In this document: piece after piece, positions 56,396 to 64,000 of the stretch
Position numbering within the stretch: the stretch's first letter is position 1
How the letters are laid out: every line of letters begins with the position of its first letter
Assembly: GCA_030265305.1 (NCBI GenBank)
Contig: JASAOG010000079.1
Coordinates: forward strand, 301,331 to 365,330
Length of the DNA stretch: 64,000 bases
Source of the DNA: Biomphalaria pfeifferi
Lineage: Eukaryota
Reading direction: 5' to 3'
The notes under the pieces: generated by a model
What the model was told of the DNA's origin: nothing
Database searches by the model: none
The model's input: only the letters and a program-made list of their open reading frames with translations
Position numbers and translations under genes: made by a program

Positions 56396-56939
56396 GTAAG
56401 TGAACATTGACAACATTTGAGAACATGAACTAAAGGTTTTCTTTAACATTCCATTTTGATTGAATTTCATTTACCCAATTCTCTGATTGATTTTTTCTTT
56501 AATCTTTCTGCAAAGAAATATGGGAAGCTCCCTGTAATATAGGAGCATATAACCTTTTGTTTTATGTAAATACATGAAGTACATGAAAAATAAGGTCATC
56601 AAATTTTACTGAACTATGACCCGTGCAGACTGAATGTCAAGGTTGTTAAGGTTGGGGTAGTTTAATATGAAAATGTCCCATTGTCAACTTCAACATGACA
56701 TTTCTTCCTAAACATAGTTTTCAAAATACTCTCCAAATTCATTATATTCTCATGACTTTCTAGTTGGTTGCCACCAAAATAAAGTTTGTAAGAAATAACT
56801 TATTGCATTATCTTGGATAACAAGATTATTTTAAATGACTATCTTTGAGTATTTTCTTTTAAATACCCATCTACTGACCTTAACACTTGAAGCATTATCT
56901 ACTCGAGCTCATAATGTACTTCTTTACTTCTACCAAAAC

Positions 56940-57480
56940 TTGTAAGATACTTTAGGCGCATAGCAATGTCTATGACAGATCTTTAAATAAGGTGGCAAGA
57001 TTAAATAACCAATGAGGAAGTACAACAAAGAGCAGGGTGCCAGGACATTCATTCTGTTATCAGCAGTAGGCGCCTTTACTGGCTTGGTCACGTTCATAGA
57101 ATGCCACACGGTCGACTTCCACAAGACATTCTGTATGGTGATCTAACAGAAGGCAGGAGAATAACTGATCGTCCACTTTTAAGATATACTAATGTATGCA
57201 AAGGCCACATGAAACTTTTCAAAATTAATACTAACAGCTGGGAAAAAGTGACCCTTAATAGATCCACATGCAGAGAGAGAGAGGAAGGGTCCAAGATTGA
57301 AGATGCCATACACAACAGTAGTAGAAAGAAGGGTAAACGGCGCCTAATGATTACAGATGCCCAACCTCTGACCGTACCTTTGTATCAAGGATTGGCCTCT
57401 TTAGTCACACATGAAGTTGCAAAGGGAAAATATAGTATCTCGAGACATAAAATGCCAGAAAAACAGTGAGGGACAAGGAA
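56940..57480 (+). mobile_element. 3' fragment of a CR1/L2-type non-LTR element (ORF 57101-57469) in an intron of the minus-strand gene
   Basis: Peptide ...RLYWLGHVHRMPHGRLPQDILYGDLTEGRRITDRPLLRYTNVCK... is the characteristic LINE ORF2 C-terminal motif. Confidence 0.65.
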
Positions 57481-57498
57481 ATAATTGCGTACATTTAC

Positions 57499-57651
57499 AG
57501 GATTGGCACGATTTCTTCTCCTCATATCTTTTACAGTCGCGTGATGCAACAGAGTCAAAATACTGTCGGTAACGCAGACGAACGTCTCTAGAGTTATTTT
57601 TGCAGGAAACATCGCAGTCAGACCAAGGGCTCCATTGGAATAGCTGACAAC
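57499..57651 (-). CDS. Exon encoding a TSP1 repeat
   Basis: Peptide CQLFQWSPWSDCDVSCKNNSRDVRLRYRQYFDSVASRDCKRYEEKKSCQS; ttgcag|g acceptor and cct|gtaaat donor on the minus strand. Confidence 0.75.
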
Positions 57652-57959
57652 CTGCAAATAATTGGATAAAATAAAACATGAAAAATCTCCAATTACATTG
57701 TTCTTTTCTTTAAGAGATGGTAGCTATTTGTAGGAAAATATTATAAAGCATATTTTTTAAAATAGTTTTTATAGAAGCTATATTTCATGTACATATTAAT
57801 CATTTCTGCAATTCGGTTGTAGCCTAATTTTGTAACACGTCATATAACTTACAGAAATAACAACAGGTAGGCTGCTTTTTAAAAATGACACATTTAGAGA
57901 AAAAGAGAATTAGAGGCTGATCCTTCAAGTAACAGTACCAGGAAAAATAAGAGTCTGAC

Positions 57960-58100
57960 AGAGAAAGCAATGGGAGGACTACATAAAAGAATGGATGGGC
58001 CTGCTATTGAAAGAGGTTCTAACTAAGGCAAAGGACAGAGAGAAATGGAGAAAGACGGTCGACGAATCTTGCATGATGCCCCAACAGTCCAACAGACTAA
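57960..58100 (+). mobile_element. LINE ORF2 extreme C-terminal fragment (...KAKDREKWRKTVDES...)
   Basis: Typical non-LTR tail peptide; followed by a GA-rich microsatellite at 58100-58260. Confidence 0.45.
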
Positions 58101-58686
58101 GGGATAGGTAAAGGAAAAGGTAAAAATGGAAAGAAAGATACAGGCTGATACTGAGAGAGAAAGAGAGAGAGAGAATGATCCAGGCAAATACAGAGCTAAT
58201 ATGGAGACAAAGAACAAAAATACAGGATGGGCAATGAATAGAAATAAAAAAAGCATATACAGATACAAGAGTTAACAATCCATTATAGAGAGTTTTAGTG
58301 CTCCACATTTATGATGATATAACAACGTTACAGTCATTGAATACTTCTGTAAAACAATGGTCTAAATGTAGCCCCCCCACACAAACACACATTCAACTTG
58401 CTGTACTAATACACACGTATAATAATAATAAGCTAAATGTACACGTGTAGACACATTATAGTCCGATTTTATACATTCTTAAATTGTACTCAAGGACTAA
58501 ACATGAAAGTAATTTGTCTTCCCATTACTTTCTCTGTCTGTCTTCCTTTTTTCCTTGTAGATGATGCCAAGGATCCTTCTATAGCATCTCGATTTCATGG
58601 ATAACTCCTCTGCAGTTAGCATTCGAGATACTGTGCCCATGTTAACACTGAATCTACTGTACACATGAGTAAACAAAAAAACTTAC

Positions 58687-58845
58687 AAGGTTTTTCTCCA
58701 CAGTCTCTTTTTTCACATTGCGGTTTGGAACATGTCACATTTAAACATACAGGTATTTTGCACGTTCGACATCGAATTTGATAGTATGAGCTACAGTTCT
58801 CTGTGCAGTGACTCCACGGACTCCACTGGTTCCAGATTTCATTTT
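58687..58845 (-). CDS. Exon encoding a TSP1-like repeat
   Basis: Peptide ENEIWNQWSPWSHCTENCSSYYQIRCRTCKIPVCLNVTCSKPQCEKRDCGEKP; ttcag|aaaatg acceptor and cctt|gtaagt donor on the minus strand. Confidence 0.7.
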
Positions 58846-59374
58846 CTGAATAAACAAAATAAAAAACATTTGGCCAGCTTACCAATGGAACATTTTTTTT
58901 TAACATGCTACCATATTCCTGACTACCAGCAGAACTCATCTATTTGTTAGTGAATGAAGATCGTTAGTGAATGGGACTTGCAATATTAAAGGCATGTCTA
59001 CCGTGAATAAGATCACCAGTAGCACCCCGGACCTAGACTGTTCTCTACTCATTCACCAGTGACACCCCAGACCTAGATTGACGACTAAGTTCAAGAGTTA
59101 TATATATATATATACAAATATGTGTATTCACATAAAATATTCATCAGGTGAAGAATAAAGCTATGATAAACACAGACATGTTTAGTCTACTTTTTTAGAC
59201 TAGCATTATCCATCGCCTCTCCTGTTGATTTGTTCACAGGCTTTGTTTTTTTTGCCATGGACCCTTTCAATTATTTCCTTACTTATAACAGTAACAATAT
59301 GATGGACTCCCCCCCCCCCCCCCCGCCACAAATAGGGCCTAGTTTTATTTACTCTATCTGACTATTATCTTCTT

Positions 59375-59475
59375 ATCTTATATAATACAGATGTTACATC
59401 AAAAAAGAAGATGATTACGTCCTACCCGTCATGCATTTAGTCATACATATTAACCAATGACTTAAATAATATTCT
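59375..59475 (+). mobile_element. MITE-like family E copy
   Basis: Matches 61615-61720 and the reverse complement of 9975-10095. Confidence 0.5.
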
Positions 59476-60634
59476 TCTGCTTTTTAGTTCTTATTGGAAA
59501 TATTTATTAGAAAATCGAACACGTTACCTCTTTGACACCCATTCTTGGAATAAGTAGAAATTTTAAACAATTATTTATTGTACTTACTAAACATGAATCT
59601 ATTAAAAAATTAACCAATTAGTCAATTATTGGTAATTATGCATTTTATTTAATATCAAATAAGGGAAATAACTACACTATTGAGATACGTAGTTTTCAAT
59701 GCGAGTTCTTTGCCATAGATAAGGTTTGCTTTTTAAAAAAGGGTTTTAAAAATTCCCTACTACATCCTGCATATGCTCATAAAATACTTTAATGGTACAT
59801 TCCCCCTCCCCCCAACCTTATTTCATTTTGCACATTCAATAAAACTGCACAACAATTTAACAAAGCAAAATTATATATATATATATATACATGAAACATT
59901 TTTTAAAAGGATGAAAATCTACATTGAATAATTTTTACAGGGTTGGCGAAAGGTAAGGTTACATTCAACACTTAAACATTTTTCTTTAATTTGAAAATTT
60001 GAGATTTTTAAAAAGTACATTATAATTACATATTAAGCATTTTCCTTTTTTTTAAAAAAAAATAATTTATATAGCACAACTTTCATGCTTATAAGCATAC
60101 TCAGAGCCCTATGGTCAAATCTCAGTTAATCTCTCAATTGCTCAGAGTCCACCTTCAACATTGCAACAATTTTCAACTCTGTCCAGATTACTCTATTACT
60201 TTTCGCCCATAATGTGGAGGTGCTCCATCTTTTTAAAAACTTGAGTAAGTCACAAAATAAAACTTCAGTATTATTTTCTATTATTTCTATATATAACAAA
60301 ATTTGGATAAAGAAACAAATAATAAAGTAACATTGAACATACTAAGCAATGAATGAAAACATACCTGGTACAGCATGAATGTTTTCGCCACAGGTCAACT
60401 CGCCATTGTGACAGGTACTGAAGTTCAACAAAGAGAGATATTATAATTACAATAAATTAATAAATTTACTTTTATTCAGAAGATTACTAACATTGCTAAT
60501 TGTTACAGAAGTGTGTTCTTAAAGAGTTACATTGCATTGCCATTGTTACAGAAGTGTGTTCTTAAAGAGTTACATTGCTAATTGTTACAGAAGTGGAGAG
60601 TTACATTTATCTCTTATGTTACAGATTATTTACC

Positions 60635-60800
60635 CAGTGGCCTAGCTAGGGTGGGGGAGGGGGGGATTCCAAATTTGAAAATGATTTTATGAAATTTGTT
60701 TTTGCATTGAATATAACGCCATTTTCTCATGTCATGATGACGAAATGCAGGGATCCTAAAGAGATCAAGCCTCCCTCGGGGCTCAAAATCCCTTGCTATG
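60635..60800 (+). repeat. Repeat family F copy
   Basis: See 35695. Confidence 0.45.
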
Positions 60801-61269
60801 CCACTGCATGTACCATTAGTCTAATACTAAATTGCTGGTACGATTTACGATTCTAAGCTAAATCAAAAGTCACCTACCACATCTGACAATTACCCATGTC
60901 TCTACTTTCACCGTCTGCAACAAGTAAGTTATTAGATGTGATGCAGTACTTGTTTGTTGCTAGGCATTCTCGTGTCTCATTAACCCGAAACTTGCAGGTT
61001 TCATTGAATTTGAATCTTTAAAATAAAATACTGTATAAAAGAAAACCTGAAAGCTGTAGAAGTTTCTTGTCAATTAATGCATGTGAGTTAAGTTCTGCAT
61101 GACCTTTGTGGTAGAGAATAAATATATTCCTGGTCTTCATTAATAGAAAACTCTAACTGTTAATTTGTTCAGTCTTCCTATCTTGTAATATATTTGTTAA
61201 TAGACATTATATGTTTCAATCTATCAGAGAGTTTTGAGAGAGTCAGCAATAGTTCCCAACTGTTTGATA

Positions 61270-61500
61270 AAGTTTCTGTGGCTCAAGTTTAACAAGAGTG
61301 TCATGTGGCCAGCACAACGACCAAGCGCCTCTGCTTTCCCCCACTATTATCAGGTATCAATTGAAGCTGGGTAGACCCAGAGGCGATCTAAAGATCCTGA
61401 AATAAAAAATCCCAGTCTTCACCAGGATTCAAATCCGGGACCCGCCTGTTAGGAAGCCAAGCGTTTTTCCACTCAGCTACCAAGTACCATGCCTCCTACA
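61270..61500 (-). mobile_element. SINE family C copy
   Basis: Head reverse complement ...agtcttcaccaggattcaaatccgggacc...; tail at 61270-61335. Confidence 0.65.
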
Positions 61501-61614
61501 TTAATTAGAGGACCGAATAACTAAACGAATAATTTTATAGAGAAGTCATGGATTTAGTTATGTTCATTTTATATATTAGCATCTAGAAAGTAACGACAGC
61601 AAACCTCTGTAGAA

Positions 61615-61720
61615 ATCTTAACCTTATCTTATAAAATACAGACGTAGTTCAAAAAAGGAGATGATTACTTCCTACACGTCATGCATGTTAACTAATGACT
61701 TAAAATTCTGCCAAGGCATT
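61615..61720 (+). mobile_element. MITE-like family E copy
   Basis: See 59375. Confidence 0.5.
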
Positions 61721-62179
61721 GTTTTTCCTGGCTGGCTCAGGCAACCCATTCCATGCTGTATTAACAATAGGGAAAGAGCATTTGTACAAATTTGTCATAG
61801 CATATGGAATGTGCCTTTATCTTTGTGTCTTTCTGATCATTTTATTAGGTTTTGTTTTTGTATTTTAAGAAGTTGAATAGGCTCTACTTCTAGTAGCCTA
61901 TTTTTCCAAATAATATTTTACATAAACCTCATCATCGAATATGACTCTTTTACGAGGTGTAAAAAAAACCCAGAAAAGAAAACAAAACGAACAAGACAAA
62001 ATAAGACTCAGACTAAGACTGCTTTTACTGATCTCTAAGGAAATTTGATATAATTACAAGGGCACTTTTCTTATATAAAGACAACACAACAGAAACAAAC
62101 ACATACATAAAACAGAAACAAGGAGACAAAGTAAACAACCAACCAACAAATGACACATAAAGCCATCCCAGACAGAAGA

Positions 62180-62260
62180 ATTCTTATATCTTCTTATCTT
62201 ATATAATACAGACGTTACTTCAAAAAAGAAGTAGGTACTTCTACTACATGTACGCCTATA
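62180..62260 (+). mobile_element. MITE-like family E partial copy
   Basis: cttatcttatataatacagacgttacttcaaaaaagaag. Confidence 0.4.
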
Positions 62261-63548
62261 TTATGCAGTTACTAAAATGGAAACAAGTAAATGAGATAAT
62301 CATATTGTTTACCTGTATCTTGAACTTGTTCCTAAACCACGCAGTACAGAACAGTCTGACCAACTGGACCATTGCTCAGTAGAAAATAGTGATTGCAGGT
62401 CTAGATTACAAATTAGAAAGTTATCTCATATTTTAATATATCTGCATTATTTACGCCCAGAGAGACATTTTTTTTTCCATTGCAACTTCTCATATGATTT
62501 ACTTTCAAATTATGGTCGAGTTCCGTTAGGTCTTCTGACACCAATATTGTGCTCTATATCTATTGAACTAAGCAGGGAAGTACTTCCTATATTACCTACC
62601 TCCCCTCCCCCCTCAGGGATTCCCTAAAGCACGTCTCTAAAGACGTCCCGAGATGAAGGGAGAGGAAAGGCGGACTAAAAAAATATAAATTTGTGGAGAC
62701 ATTAAGCCTTCAGTCATAAATCAGGATCTAAATATGTCAAAGCCGGAGAATAAAAGCTTGTAGTGGATGTTCCATTACAATGACACTCAAACACAGATAA
62801 TAATAAAAGATCACATGCAAAAGTTTGTGTATGACCTAATCATATTTTGTTTTTCATGCCAGGCTTAAATGTTCTAGTTGAAAATCGAAAAGTATTTCTG
62901 CTCACTATCAGAAGCAGATTATCCTCCAAATTTACTACGAGATCTTGGGCGTGGACTAAGATCTTAGAAAGACTGCTATTTTATAAGCTAGACAGTGAGG
63001 GGCTGCAAGGAATATCAGTCAGCTATCAAACACTAGCAACTTTTCCCTAGGAAGGGGAGGCCTACTCTGTTGGCTAAACTATCAAATGAAATTCCTTTAT
63101 AAAATAAGTTCTCTGTAGCTGGACCTTTATTTAAAGTAATGGGACATTGGGCAACGATGTTGAGTAAACAACTATCCTTTCATTGTTGGGGAGGCATAAA
63201 AAAAAAAACGTTCATAAGAGATTTCATCTCGGTTCGTACGTGTGTTCTAAAGCACTATACAAATACACTAGGACAAGAATCTTAAGGACTGCGCACTTTA
63301 ATAAAGGCTGTATAAAATGTTTAGCGCATGGTTTCAATAAATATAAACAATTATTTGAGATAATCTGAATAAATGTGATGTAAACATAAACATAAAAAAG
63401 ATTTTAAAAAATTGAAATTGTCAAACGTCAAACACATTTTCTTCTCACCATTAGGCACAGTTGACATCAAAGTCAGGTTGCGACAATCAGTTGCATTCTT
63501 AGTACATTGGCTGACGAAAATAAAAGATAAATTATGATTTAAACAGTT

Positions 63549-63860
63549 TTTAAACTTTTCTACAGAAGTGAAGATAACCTTCTAGCCCAAACTACTAACT
63601 ACAGAAGTGAAGATAAACTCCTAGCACAAACTACTAACTACAGAAGTGAAGATAACCTTCTAGCCCAAACTACTAACTACAGAAGTGAAGATAACCTCCT
63701 AGCACAAACTACAGAAGTAAAGATAACCTCCTAGCCCAAACTACCGAAGTGAAGATAACCTCCTAGAGAAAACTACAGAAGTGAAGATAACCTCCTAACC
63801 CAAACTACAGAAGATAACCTCCTAGCCCACACTACAGAAGATCGCCTCCTAGCTCACACA
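63549..63860. repeat. Tandem array of about 33-39 bp units (ctacagaagtgaagataacctcctagcccaaactactaa), about 8 copies
   Basis: Direct reading at the window end. Confidence 0.9.
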
Positions 63861-64000
63861 ATAGTGTTGGGGGTGGCGGTGAACAGCCATTAAAGGATAA
63901 AAGTAAACAAATGAAAAAAAAAGTAATTAGTAAAGTAATAAAAATTTAAATAGAAGAACATTTGGAAAAAGAGCTTCATTACACACATCCTTAATCTTTA

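Noticed and set aside
1-64000. Prokaryotic-style features (operons, RBS, CRISPR, rho-independent terminators, defence systems)
   Set aside because: The window is clearly eukaryotic: GT-AG introns, a 56-exon gene, SINE/LINE/LTR content, microsatellites. None of these categories applies.

Overview
This is a eukaryotic (metazoan, probably invertebrate) genomic window: AT-rich, intron-rich and heavily invaded by transposable elements, with no prokaryotic features. All coordinates are hand-counted and may be off by 1-2 bp. (1) About 410-10100 is a nested TE cluster. A truncated tRNA-like SINE is split by a degenerate gypsy-like LTR retrotransposon (434-6453, TG..CA LTRs, 4-bp TSD GACC). Its 5' LTR carries a nested non-LTR (RNase H) fragment, and its internal gag-pol region carries two copies of a second SINE family. 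This is followed by a decayed hAT/BED-zinc-finger transposon relic (about 6750-9880, transposase on the minus strand with in-frame stops) flanked by two MITE-like copies. (2) 13231-50771 (+) is a complete 56-exon gene for a TEP1 orthologue (telomerase-associated protein 1 / vault protein: N-terminal repeats, TROVE, lineage-specific RGG-rich linker, NACHT P-loop NTPase, about 20 WD40 repeats). Exons were reconstructed by conceptual splicing with canonical GT-AG introns and agree with human TEP1 along the whole length. Its introns hold most copies of four SINE families, a sense-oriented non-LTR RT fragment, a solo LTR, and several minisatellites. One of these is a 32-bp array that reiterates the exon-27 donor splice site about 9 times. 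Another intron contains a compositionally anomalous GC-rich 0.7-kb island inserted into a TA microsatellite with short inverted termini. (3) Convergent to TEP1, a partial minus-strand gene (52259 to beyond the window) encodes a secreted cysteine-rich protein with thrombospondin type-1 repeats, a TIL domain and a C-terminal cystine knot (SCO-spondin/mucin-like). I see no obvious single novel system; the items most worth a second look are the splice-donor minisatellite, the GC-rich intronic insertion, the RGG insertion in TEP1 and the nested TE stratigraphy.
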